Source: Auanema rhodensis
Taxonomy: Eukaryota; Animalia; Nematoda
Assembly: GCA_964057225.1 (NCBI GenBank)
Contig: OZ059896.1
Location: 3,224,001-3,288,000 of the forward strand
Direction of reading: 5' to 3'
Length of the DNA stretch: 64,000 nucleotides
Below, one piece after another: positions 23,301 to 37,600 of this stretch. The notes beneath the pieces were generated by a model that worked only from the letters and a program-made list of their open reading frames with translations, did not search any database and was not told the DNA's origin. Each line of letters opens with the position of its first letter. Within the stretch, counting starts at the first letter, position 1. Both the position numbers and the translations under genes were made by a program.

Positions 23301-26300
23301 TTAGCAAAAAGTAGATGTTTTTAGATTCCTTCTTTCAAGGCAAAAACGATGGACAATGTTATTCAACGAAAAAATTAATTCTTCAGGGTGAAAATCGAGG
23401 ATATAAGTGTGAACTTATATCAGTTGATATCTCGGTGCATTTTTAAGCTAGCGCAAATCTGATAACACAGATCGACGCAGCTTAAAAATCCGCATCGAAT
23501 GCATTATACTACATGGAGAAACGCTCATCACAAAAATTAGTTATGATCGTTTGAAAAATGATGCATTAGTGTATGTTGAGTTTCCATGTACACTCAAAAT
23601 TGCTTCCAAAAACATTTTGACAAAAATTTTTTCGAAAAATTTCAAAATAATTTAGCAAAAAGTAGATGTTTTTAGATTCCTTCTTTCAAGGCAAAAACGA
23701 TGGACAATGTTATTCAACGAAAAAATTAATTCTTCAGGGTGAAAATCGAGGATATAAGTGTGAACTTATATCAGTTGATATCTCGGTGCATTTTTAAGCT
23801 AGCGCAAATCTGATAACACAGATCGACGCAGCTTAAAAATCCGCATCGAATGCATTATACTACATGGAGAAACGCTCATCACAAAAATTAGTTATGATCG
23901 TTTGAAAAATGATGCATTAGTGTATGTTGAGTTTCCATGTACACTCAACATTGCTTCCAAAAACATTTTGACAAAATTTTTTCGAAAAATTTCAAAATAA
24001 TTTCGCAAAAAGTAGATGTTTTTAGATTCCTTTTTTTGAGGCAAAAACGATGGACAATGTTATTCAACGAAAAAAATAATTCTTCAGGGTGAAAATCGAG
24101 GATATAAGTGTGAACTTATATCAGTTGATATCTCGGTGCATTTTTAAGCTAGCGCAAATCTAATAACACAGATCGAAGCAGCTTAAAAATCCGCATCGAA
24201 TGCACTATATTACATTGAGGAAAGCTTAATACAAAAATTAGTTATGATTGTTTGAAAAATGATGCATTAGTGTATGTTGAGTTTCCATGTACACTCAAAA
24301 TTGCTTCCAAAAACATTTTGACAAAAATTTTTTCGAAAAATTTCAAGATAATTTAGCAAAAAGTAGATGTTTTTAGATTCCTTTTTTCGAGGCAAAAACG
24401 ATGGACAATGTTATTCAACGAAAAAATTAATTCTTCAGGGTGAAAATCGAGGATATAAGTGTGAACTTATATCAGTTGATATCTCGGTGCATTTTTAAGC
24501 TAGCGCAAATCTGATAACACAGATCGAAGCAGCTTAAAAATCCGCATCGAATGCACTATAATACATTAAGAAACGCTCAATACAAAAATTAGTTATGATT
24601 GTTTGAAAAATGATGCATTAGTGTATGTTGAGTTTCCATGTACACTCAAAATTGCTTCCAAAAACATTTTGACAAAAATTTTTTCGAAAAATTTCAAGAT
24701 AATTTAGCAAAAAGTAGATGTTTTTAGATTCCTTATTTCGAGGCAAAAACGATGGACAATGTTATTCAACGAAAAAATTAATTCTTCAGGGTGAAAATCG
24801 AGGATATAAGTGTGAACTTATATCAGTTGATATCTCGGTGCATTTTTAAGCTAGCGCAAATCTGATAACACAGATCGAAGCAGCTTAAAAATCCGCATCG
24901 AATGCACTATATTACATTGAGGAAAGCTTAATACAAAAATTAGTTATGATTGTTTGAAAAATGATGCATTAGTGTATGTTGAGTTTCCATGTACACTCAA
25001 AATTGCTTCCAAAAACATTTTGACAAAAATTTTTTCGAAAAATTTCAAAATAATTTAGCAAAAAGTAGATGTTTTTAGATTCCTTCTTTCAAGGCAAAAA
25101 CGATGGACAATGTTATTCAACGAAAAAATTAATTCTTCAGGGTGAAAATCGAGGATATAAGTGTGAACTTATATCAGTTAATATCTCGGTGCATTTTTAA
25201 GCTAGCGCAAATCTGATAACACAGATCGACGCAGCTTAAAAAACACGCATCGAATGCATTATACTACATGGAGAAACGCTCATCACAAAAATTAGTTATG
25301 ATCGTTTGAAAAATGATGCATTAGTGTATGTTGAGTTTCCATGTACACTCAAAATTGCTTCCAAAAACATTTTGACAAAAATTTTTTCGAAAAATTTCAA
25401 AATAATTTCGCAAAAAGTAGATGTTTTTAGATTCCTTTTTTTGAGGCAAAAACGATGGACAATGTTATTCAACGAAAAAATTAATTCTTCAGGGTGAAAA
25501 TCGAGGATATAAGTGTGAACTTATATCAGTTAATATCTCGGTGCATTTTTAAGCTAGCGCAAATCTGATAACACAGATCGACGCAGCTTAAAAAACACGC
25601 ATCGAATGCACTATATTACATTGAGAAAAGCTTAATACAAAAATTATTTATGATCGTTTGAAAAATGATGCATTAGTGTATGTTGAGTTTCCATGTACAC
25701 TCAAAATTGCTTCCAAAAACATTTTGACAAAAATTTTTTCGAAAAATTTCAAGATAATTTAGCAAAAAGTAGATGTTTTTAGATTCCTTTTTTCGAGGCA
25801 AAAACGATGGACAATGTTATTCAACGAAAAAATTAATTCTTCAGGGTGAAAATCGAGGATATAAGTGTGAACTTATATCAGTTGATATCTCGGTGCATTT
25901 TTAAGCTAGCGCAAATCTGATAACACAGATCGAAGCAGCTTAAAAATCCGCATCGAATGCACTATAATACATTAAGAAACGCTCAATACAAAAATTAGTT
26001 ATGATTGTTTGAAAAATGATGCATTAGTGTATGTTGAGTTTCCATGTACACTCAACATTGCTTCCAAAAACATTTTGACAAAATTTTTTCGAAAAATTTC
26101 AAAATAATTTCGCAAAAAGTAGATGTTTTTAGATTCCTTTTTTTGAGGCAAAAACGATGGACAATGTTATTCAACGAAAAAAATAATTCTTCAGGGTGAA
26201 AATCGAGGATATAAGTGTGAACTTATATCAGTTGATATCTCGGTGCATTTTTAAGCTAGCGCAAATCTAATAACACAGATCGAAGCAGCTTAAAAATCCG

Positions 26301-29300
26301 CATCGAATGCACTATATTACATTGAGGAAAGCTTAATACAAAAATTAGTTATGATTGTTTGAAAAATGATGCATTAGTGTATGTTGAGTTTCCATGTACA
26401 CTCAAAATTGCTTCCAAAAACATTTTGACAAAAATTTTTTCGAAAAATTTCAAGATAATTTAGCAAAAAGTAGATGTTTTTAGATTCCTTTTTTCGAGGC
26501 AAAAACGATGGACAATGTTATTCAACGAAAAAATTAATTCTTCAGGGTGAAAATCGAGGATATAAGTGTGAACTTATATCAGTTGATATCTCGGTGCATT
26601 TTTAAGCTAGCGCAAATCTAATAACACAGATCGACGCAGCTTAAAAATCCGCATCGAATGCATTATACTACATGGAGAAACGCTCATCACAAAAATTAGT
26701 TATGATCGTTTGAAAAATGATGCATTAGTGTATGTTGAGTTTCCATGTACACTCAAAATTGCTTCCAAAAACATTTTGACAAAAATTTTTTCGAAAAATT
26801 TCAAAATAATTTAGCAAAAAGTAGATGTTTTTAGATTCCTTCTTTCAAGGCAAAAACGATGGACAATGTTATTCAACGAAAAAATTAATTCTTCAGGGTG
26901 AAAATCGAGGATATAAGTGTGAACTTATATCAGTTGATATCTCGGTGCATTTTTAAGCTAGCGCAAATCTGATAACACAGATCGACGCAGCTTAAAAATC
27001 CGCATCGAATGCATTATACTACATGGAGAAACGCTCATCACAAAAATTAGTTATGATCGTTTGAAAAATGATGCATTAGTGTATGTTGAGTTTCCATGTA
27101 CACTCAACATTGCTTCCAAAAACATTTTGACAAAATTTTTTCGAAAAATTTCAAAATAATTTTGCAAAAAGTAGATGTTTTTAGATTCCTTTTTTTGAGG
27201 CAAAAACGATGGACAATGTTATTCAACGAAAAAAATAATTCTTCAGGGTGAAAATCGAGGATATAAGTGTGAACTTATATCAGTTGATATCTCGGTGCAT
27301 TTTTAAGCTAGCGCAAATCTAATAACACAGATCGAAGCAGCTTAAAAATCCGCATCGAATGCACTATATTACATTGAGGAAAGCTTAATACAAAAATTAG
27401 TTATGATTGTTTGAAAAATGATGCATTAGTGTATGTTGAGTTTCCATGTACACTCAAAATTGCTTCCAAAAACATTTTGACAAAAATTTTTTCGAAAAAT
27501 TTCAAGATAATTTAGCAAAAAGTAGATGTTTTTAGATTCCTTTTTTCGAGGCAAAAACGATGGACAATGTTATTCAACGAAAAAATTAATTCTTCAGGGT
27601 GAAAATCGAGGATATAAGTGTGAACTTATATCAGTTGATATCTCGGTGCATTTTTAAGCTAGCGCAAATCTGATAACACAGATCGAAGCAGCTTAAAAAT
27701 CCGCATCGAATGCACTATATTACATTGAGGAAAGCTTAATACAAAAATTAGTTATGATTGTTTGAAAAATGATGCATTAGTGTATGTTGAGTTTCCATGT
27801 ACACTCAAAATTGCTTCCAAAAACATTTTGACAAAAATTTTTTCGAAAAATTTCAAAATAATTTAGCAAAAAGTAGATGTTTTTAGATTCCTTCTTTCAA
27901 GGCAAAAACGATGGACAATGTTATTCAACGAAAAAATTAATTCTTCAGGGTGAAAATCGAGGATATAAGTGTGAACTTATATCAGTTAATATCTCGGTGC
28001 ATTTTTAAGCTAGCGCAAATCTGATAACACAGATCGACGCAGCTTAAAAAACACGCATCGAATGCATTATACTACATGGAGAAACGCTCATCACAAAAAT
28101 TAGTTATGATCGTTTGAAAAATGATGCATTAGTGTATGTTGAGTTTCCATGTACACTCAAAATTGCTTCCAAAAACATTTTGACAAAAATTTTTTCGAAA
28201 AATTTCAAAATAATTTCGCAAAAAGTAGATGTTTTTAGATTCCTTTTTTTGAGGCAAAAACGATGGACAATGTTATTCAACGAAAAAATTAATTCTTCAG
28301 GGTGAAAATCGAGGATATAAGTGTGAACTTATATCAGTTAATATCTCGGTGCATTTTTAAGCTAGCGCAAATCTGATAACACAGATCGACGCAGCTTAAA
28401 AAACACGCATCGAATGCACTATATTACATTGAGAAAAGCTTAATACAAAAATTATTTATGATCGTTTGAAAAATGATGCATTAGTGTATGTTGAGTTTCC
28501 ATGTACACTCAAAATTGCTTCCAAAAACATTTTGACAAAAATTTTTTCGAAAAATTTCAAAATAATTTAGCAAAAAGTAGATGTTTTTAGATTCCTTCTT
28601 TCAAAGCAAAAACGATGGACAATGTTATTCAACGAAAAAATTAATTCTTCAGGGTGAAAATCGAGGATATAAGTGTGAACTTATATCAGTTGATATCTCG
28701 GTGCATTTTTAAGCTAGCGCAAATCTGATAACACAGATCGACGCAGCTTAAAAATCCGCATCGAATGCATTATACTACATGGAGAAACGCTCATCACAAA
28801 AATTAGTTATGATCGTTTGAAAAATGATGCATTAGTGTATGTTGAGTTTCCATGTACACTCAACATTGCTTCCAAAAACATTTTGACAAAATTTTTTCGA
28901 AAAATTTCAAAATAATTTCGCAAAAAGTAGATGTTTTTAGATTCCTTTTTTTGAGGCAAAAACGATGGACAATGTTATTCAACGAAAAAAATAATTCTTC
29001 AGGGTGAAAATCGAGGATATAAGTGTGAACTTATATCAGTTGATATCTCGGTGCATTTTTAAGCTAGCGCAAATCTAATAACACAGATCGAAGCAGCTTA
29101 AAAATCCGCATCGAATGCACTATATTACATTGAGGAAAGCTTAATACAAAAATTAGTTATGATTGTTTGAAAAATGATGCATTAGTGTATGTTGAGTTTC
29201 CATGTACACTCAAAATTGCTTCCAAAAACATTTTGACAAAAATTTTTTCGAAAAATTTCAAGATAATTTAGCAAAAAGTAGATGTTTTTAGATTCCTTTT

Positions 29301-31499
29301 TTCGAGGCAAAAACGATGGACAATGTTATTCAACGAAAAAATTAATTCTTCAGGGTGAAAATCGAGGATATAAGTGTGAACTTATATCAGTTGATATCTC
29401 GGTGCATTTTTAAGCTAGCGCAAATCTGATAACACAGATCGAAGCAGCTTAAAAATCCGCATCGAATGCACTATAATACATTAAGAAACGCTCAATACAA
29501 AAATTAGTTATGATCGTTTGAAAAATGATGCATTAGTGTATGTTGAGTTTCCATGTACACTCAAAATTGCTTCCAAAAACATTTTGACAAAAATTTTTTC
29601 GAAAAATTTCAAAATAATTTAGCAAAAAGTAGATGTTTTTAGATTCCTTTTTTCAAGGCAAAAACGATGGACAATGTTATTCAACGAAAAAATTAATTCT
29701 TCAGGGTGAAAATCGAGGATATAAGTGTGAACTTATATCAGTTGATATCTCGGTGCATTTTTAAGCTAGCGCAAATCTGATAACACAGATCGACGCAGCT
29801 TAAAAATCCGCATCGAATGCACTATATTACATTGAGGAAAGCTTAATACAAAAATTAGTTATGATTGTTTGAAAAATGATGCATTAGTGTATGTTGAGTT
29901 TCCATGTACACTCAAAATTGCTTCCAAAAACATTTTGACAAAAATTTTTTCGAAAAATTTCAAAATAATTTAGCAAAAAGTAGATGTTTTTAGATTCCTT
30001 CTTTCAAGGCAAAAACGATGGACAATGTTATTCAACGAAAAAATTAATTCTTCAGGGTGAAAATCGAGGATATAAGTGTGAACTTATATCAGTTGATATC
30101 TCGGTGCATTTTTAAGCTAGCGCAAATCTGATAACACAGATCGACGCAGCTTAAAAATCCGCATCGAATGCATTATACTACATGGAGAAACGCTCATCAC
30201 AAAAATTAGTTATGATCGTTTGAAAAATGATGCATTAGTGTATGTTGAGTTTCCATGTACACTCAAAATTGCTTCCAAAAACATTTTGACAAAAATTTTT
30301 TCGAAAAATTTCAAAATAATTTAGCAAAAAGTAGATGTTTTTAGATTCCTTCTTTCAAGGCAAAAACGATGGACAATGTTATTCAACGAAAAAATTAATT
30401 CTTCAGGGTGAAAATCGAGGATATAAGTGTGAACTTATATCAGTTGATATCTCGGTGCATTTTTAAGCTAGCGCAAATCTAATAACACAGATCGAAGCAG
30501 CTTAAAAATCCGCATCGAATGCACTATATTACATTGAGGAAAGCTTAATACAAAAATTAGTTATGATTGTTTGAAAAATGATGCATTAGTGTATGTTGAG
30601 TTTCCATGTACACTCAAAATTGCTTCCAAAAACATTTTGACAAAAATTTTTTCGAAAAATTTCAAGATAATTTAGCAAAAAGTAGATGTTTTTAGATTCC
30701 TTTTTTCGAGGCAAAAACGATGGACAATGTTATTCAACGAAAAAATTAATTCTTCAGGGTGAAAATCGAGGATATAAGTGTGAACTTATATCAGTTGATA
30801 TCTCGGTGAATTTTTAAGCTAGCGCAAATCTGATAACACAGATCGAAGCAGCTTAAAAATCCGCATCGAATGCACTATAATACATTAAGAAACGCTCAAT
30901 ACAAAAATTAGTTATGATTGTTTGAAAAATGATGCATTAGTGTATGTTGAGTTTCCATGTACACTCAAAATTGCTTCCAAAAACATTTTGACAAAAATTT
31001 TTTCGAAAAATTTCAAGATAATTTAGCAAAAAGTAGATGTTTTTAGATTCCTTATTTCGAGGCAAAAACGATGGACAATGTTATTCAACGAAAAAATTAA
31101 TTCTTCAGGGTGAAAATCGAGGATATAAGTGTGAACTTATATCAGTTGATATCTCGGTGCATTTTTAAGCTAGCGCAAATCTGATAACACAGATCGAAGC
31201 AGCTTAAAAATCCGCATCGAATGCACTATATTACATTGAGGAAAGCTTAATACAAAAATTAGTTATGATTGTTTGAAAAATGATGCATTAGTGTATGTTG
31301 AGTTTCCATGTACACTCAAAATTGCTTCCAAAAACATTTTGACAAAAATTTTTTCGAAAAATTTCAAAATAATTTAGCAAAAAGTAGATGTTTTTAGATT
31401 CCTTCTTTCAAGGCAAAAACGATGGACAATGTTATTCAACGAAAAAATTAATTCTTCAGGGTGAAAATCGAGGATATAAGTGTGAACTTATATCAGTTG

Positions 31500-34400
31500 A
31501 TATCTCGGTGCATTTTTAAGCTAGCGCAAATCTGATAACACAGATCGACGCAGCTTAAAAAACACGCATCGAATGCATTATACTACATGGAGAAACGCTC
31601 ATCACAAAAATTAGTTATGATCGTTTGAAAAATGATGCATTAGTGTATGTTGAGTTTCCATGTACACTCAAAATTGCTTCCAAAAACATTTTGACAAAAA
31701 TTTTTTCGAAAAATTTCAAAATAATTTCGCAAAAAGTAGATGTTTTTAGATTCCTTTTTTTGAGGCAAAAACGATGGACAATGTTATTCAACGAAAAAAT
31801 TAATTCTTCAGGGTGAAAATCGAGGATATAAGTGTGAACTTATATCAGTTAATATCTCGGTGCATTTTTAAGCTAGCGCAAATCTGATAACACAGATCGA
31901 CGCAGCTTAAAAAACACGCATCGAATGCACTATATTACATTGAGAAAAGCTTAATACAAAAATTATTTATGATCGTTTGAAAAATGATGCATTAGTGTAT
32001 GTTGAGTTTCCATGTACACTCAAAATTGCTTCCAAAAACATTTTGACAAAAATTTTTTCGAAAAATTTCAAAATAATTTAGCAAAAAGTAGATGTTTTTA
32101 GATTCCTTCTTTCAAAGCAAAAACGATGGACAATGTTATTCAACGAAAAAATTAATTCTTCAGGGTGAAAATCGAGGATATAAGTGTGAACTTATATCAG
32201 TTGATATCTCGGTGCATTTTTAAGCTAGCGCAAATCTGATAACACAGATCGACGCAGCTTAAAAATCCGCATCGAATGCACTATATTACATAGAGAAACG
32301 CTCAATACAAAAATTAGTTATGATCGTTTGAAAAATGATGCATTAGTGTATGTTGAGTTTCCATGTACACTCAACATTGCTTCCAAAAACATTTTGACAA
32401 AAATTTTTTCGAAAAATTTCAAAATAATTTAGCAAAAAGTAGATGTTTTTAGATTCCTTCTTTCAAGGCAAAAACGATGGACAATGTTATTCAACGAAAA
32501 AATTAATTCTTCAGGGTGAAAATCGAGGATATAAGTGTGAACTTATATCAGTTGATATCTCGGTGCATTTTTAAGCTAGCGCAAATCTGATAACACAGAT
32601 CGACGCAGCTTAAAAAACACGCATCGAATGCATTATACTACATGGAGAAACGCTCATCACAAAAATTAGTTATGATCGTTTGAAAAATGATGCATTAGTG
32701 TATGTTGAGTTTCCATGTACACTCAAAATTGCTTCCAAAAACATTTTGACAAAAATTTTTTCGAAAAATTTCAAAATAATTTCGCAAAAAGTAGATGTTT
32801 TTAGATTCCTTTTTTTGAGGCAAAAACGATGGACAATGTTATTCAACGAAAAAATTAATTCTTCAGGGTGAAAATCGAGGATATAAGTGTGAACTTATAT
32901 CAGTTAATATCTCGGTGCATTTTTAAGCTAGCGCAAATCTGATAACACAGATCGACGCAGCTTAAAAAACACGCATCGAATGCACTATATTACATTGAGA
33001 AAAGCTTAATACAAAAATTATTTATGATCGTTTGAAAAATGATGCATTAGTGTATGTTGAGTTTCCATGTACACTCAAAATTGCTTCCAAAAACATTTTG
33101 ACAAAAATTTTTTCGAAAAATTTCAAAATAATTTAGCAAAAAGTAGATGTTTTTAGATTCCTTCTTTCAAAGCAAAAACGATGGACAATGTTATTCAACG
33201 AAAAAATTAATTCTTCAGGGTGAAAATCGAGGATATAAGTGTGAACTTATATCAGTTGATATCTCGGTGCATTTTTAAGCTAGCGCAAATCTGATAACAC
33301 AGATCGACGCAGCTTAAAAATCCGCATCGAATGCACTATATTACATAGAGAAACGCTCAATACAAAAATTAGTTATGATCGTTTGAAAAATGATGCATTA
33401 GTGTATGTTGAGTTTCCATGTACACTCAACATTGCTTCCAAAAACATTTTGACAAAAATTTTTTCGAAAAATTTCAAAATAATTTAGCAAAAAGTAGATG
33501 TTTTTAGATTCCTTCTTTCAAGGCAAAAACGATGGACAATGTTATTCAACGAAAAAATTAATTCTTCAGGGTGAAAATCGAGGATATAAGTGTGAACTTA
33601 TATCAGTTGATATCTCGGTGCATTTTTAAGCTAGCGCAAATCTGATAACACAGATCGACGCAGCTTAAAAAACACGCATCGAATGCATTATACTACATGG
33701 AGAAACGCTCAATACAAAAATTAGTTATGATCGTTTGAAAAATGATGCATTAGTGTATGTTGAGTTTCCATGTACACTCAAAATTGCTTCCAAAAACATT
33801 TTGACAAAAATTTTTTCGAAAAATTTCAAAATAATTTCGCAAAAAGTAGATGTTTTTAGATTCCTTTTTTTGAGGCAAAAACGATGGACAATGTTATTCA
33901 ACGAAAAAATTAATTCTTCAGGGTGAAAATCGAGGATATAAGTGTGAACTTATATCAGTTAATATCTCGGTGCATTTTTAAGCTAGCGCAAATCTGATAA
34001 CACAGATCGACGCAGCTTAAAAAACACGCATCGAATGCACTATATTACATTGAGAAAAGCTTAATACAAAAATTATTTATGATCGTTTGAAAAATGATGC
34101 ATTAGTGTATGTTGAGTTTCCATGTACACTCAAAATTGCTTCCAAAAACATTTTGACAAAAATTTTTTCGAAAAATTTCAAAATAATTTAGCAAAAAGTA
34201 GATGTTTTTAGATTCCTTCTTTCAAAGCAAAAACGATGGACAATGTTATTCAACGAAAAAATTAATTCTTCAGGGTGAAAATCGAGGATATAAGTGTGAA
34301 CTTATATCAGTTAATATCTCGGTGCATTTTTAAGCTAGCGCAAATCTGATAACACAGATCGACGCAGCTTAAAAATCCGCATCGAATGCACTATATTACA

Positions 34401-34600
34401 TAGAGAAACGCTCAATACAAAAATTAGTTATGATCGTTTGAAAAATGATGCATTAGTGTATGTTGAGTTTCCATGTACACTCAACATTGCTTCCAAAAAC
34501 ATTTTGACAAAAATTTTTTCGAAAAATTTCAAAATAATTTAGCAAAAAGTAGATGTTTTTAGATTCCTTCTTTCAAGGCAAAAACGATGGACAATGTTAT
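31500..34600 (+). repeat. Local 3-mer higher-order repeat (1055 bp, ~3 copies)
   Basis: The same monomer variant (ORF track) at 31625, 32680 and 33735. Two aaaaaacacgc insertion monomers per unit. Confidence 0.88.
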
Positions 34601-37600
34601 TCAACGAAAAAATTAATTCTTCAGGGTGAAAATCGAGGATATAAGTGTGAACTTATATCAGTTGATATCTCGGTGCATTTTTAAGCTAGCGCAAATCTGA
34701 TAACATAGATCGACGCAGCTTAAAAGTCCGCATCGAATGCACTATACTACATTAAGAAAAGCTTAATACAAAAATTAGTTATGATCGTTTGAAAAATGAT
34801 GCATTAGTGTATGTTGAGTTTCCATGTACACTCAAAATTGCTTCCAAAAACATTTTGACAAAAATGTTTTCGAAAAATTTCAAAATAATTTAGCAAAAAG
34901 TAGATGTTTTTAGATTCCTTTTTTCGAGGCAAAAACGATGGACAATGTTATTCAACGAAAAAATTAATTCTTCAGGGTGAAAATCGAGGATATAAGTGTG
35001 AACTTATATCAGTTGATATCTCGGTGCATTTTTAAGCTAGCGCAAATCTGATAACACAGATCGAAGCAGCTTAAAAATCCGCATCGAATGCATTATACTA
35101 CATAGAGAAACGCTCATCACAAAAATTAGTTATGATCGTTTGAAAAATGATGCATTAGTGTATGTTGAGTTTCCATGTACACTCAACATTGCTTCCAAAA
35201 ACATTTTGACAAAACTTTTTCGAAAAATTTCAAAATAATTTCGCAAAAAGTAGATGTTTTTAGATTCCTTTTTTTGAGGCAAAAACGATGGACAATGTTA
35301 TTCAACGAAAAAATTAATTCTTCAGGGTGAAAATCGAGGATATAAGTGTGAACTTATATCAGTTGATATCTCGGTGCATTTTTAAGCTAGCGCAAATCTG
35401 ATAACACAGATCGAAGCAGCTTAAAAATCCGCATCGAATGCACTATAATACATTAAGAAACGCTCAATACAAAAATTAGTTATGATCGTTTGAAAAATGA
35501 TGCATTAGTGTATGTTGAGTTTCCATGTACACTCAAAATTGCTTCCAAAAACATTTTGACAAAAATTTTTTCGAAAAATTTCAAAATAATTTAGCAAAAA
35601 GTAGATGTTTTTAGATTCCTTTTTTCAAGGCAAAAACGATGGACAATGTTATTCAACGAAAAAATTAATTCTTCAGGGTGAAAATCGAGGATATAAGTGT
35701 GAACTTATATCAGTTGATATCTCGGTGCATTTTTAAGCTAGCGCAAATCTGATAACACAGATCGAAGCAGCTTAAAAATCCGCATCGAATGCACTATAAT
35801 ACATTAAGAAACGCTCAATACAAAAATTAGTTATGATCGTTTGAAAAATGATGCATTAGTGTATGTTGAGTTTCCATGTACACTCAAAATTGCTTCCAAA
35901 AACATTTTGACAAAAATTTTTTCGAAAAATTTCAAAATAATTTAGCAAAAAGTAGATGTTTTTAGATTCCTTTTTTCAAGGCAAAAACGATGGACAATGT
36001 TATTCAACGAAAAAATTAATTCTTCAGGGTGAAAATCGAGGATATAAGTGTGAACTTATATCAGTTGATATCTCGGTGTATTTTTAAGCTAGCGCAAATC
36101 TGATAACATAGATCGACGCAGCTTAAAAATCCGCATCGAATGCACTATATTACATAGAGAAACGCTTAATACAAAAATTAGTTATGATCGTTTGAAAAAT
36201 GATGCATTAGTGTATGTTGAGTTTCCATGTACACTCAACATTGCTTCCAAAAACATTTTGACAAAACTTTTTCGAAAAATTTCAAAATAATTTAGCAAAA
36301 AGTAGATGTTTTTAGATTCCTTATTTCGAGGCAAAAACGATGGACAATGTTATTCAACGAAAAAATTAATTCTTCAGGGTGAAAATCGAGGATATAAGTG
36401 TGAACTTATATCAGTTGATATCTCGGTGCATTTTTAAGCTAGCGCAAATCTGATAACACAGATCGAAGCAGCTTAAAAATCCGCATCGAATGCACTATAT
36501 TACATTGAGGAAAGCTTAATACAAAAATTAGTTATGATTGTTTGAAAAATGATGCATTAGTGTATGTTGAGTTTCCATGTACACTCAAAATTGCTTCCAA
36601 AAACATTTTGACAAAAATTTTTTCGAAAAATTTCAAAATAATTTAGCAAAAAGTAGATGTTTTTAGATTCCTTCTTTCAAGGCAAAAACGATGGACAATG
36701 TTATTCAACGAAAAAATTAATTCTTCAGGGTGAAAATCGAGGATATAAGTGTGAACTTATATCAGTTGATATCTCGGTGCATTTTTAAGCTAGCGCAAAT
36801 CTGATAACACAGATCGACGCAGCTTAAAAAACACGCATCGAATGCATTATACTACATGGAGAAACGCTCATCACAAAAATTAGTTATGATCGTTTGAAAA
36901 ATGATGCATTAGTGTATGTTGAGTTTCCATGTACACTCAAAATTGCTTCCAAAAACATTTTGACAAAAATTTTTTCGAAAAATTTCAAAATAATTTCGCA
37001 AAAAGTAGATGTTTTTAGATTCCTTTTTTTGAGGCAAAAACGATGGACAATGTTATTCAACGAAAAAATTAATTCTTCAGGGTGAAAATCGAGGATATAA
37101 GTGTGAACTTATATCAGTTAATATCTCGGTGCATTTTTAAGCTAGCGCAAATCTGATAACACAGATCGACGCAGCTTAAAAAACACGCATCGAATGCACT
37201 ATATTACATTGAGAAAAGCTTAATACAAAAATTATTTATGATCGTTTGAAAAATGATGCATTAGTGTATGTTGAGTTTCCATGTACACTCAAAATTGCTT
37301 CCAAAAACATTTTGACAAAAATTTTTTCGAAAAATTTCAAAATAATTTAGCAAAAAGTAGATGTTTTTAGATTCCTTCTTTCAAAGCAAAAACGATGGAC
37401 AATGTTATTCAACGAAAAAATTAATTCTTCAGGGTGAAAATCGAGGATATAAGTGTGAACTTATATCAGTTAATATCTCGGTGCATTTTTAAGCTAGCGC
37501 AAATCTGATAACACAGATCGACGCAGCTTAAAAATCCGCATCGAATGCACTATATTACATAGAGAAACGCTCAATACAAAAATTAGTTATGATCGTTTGA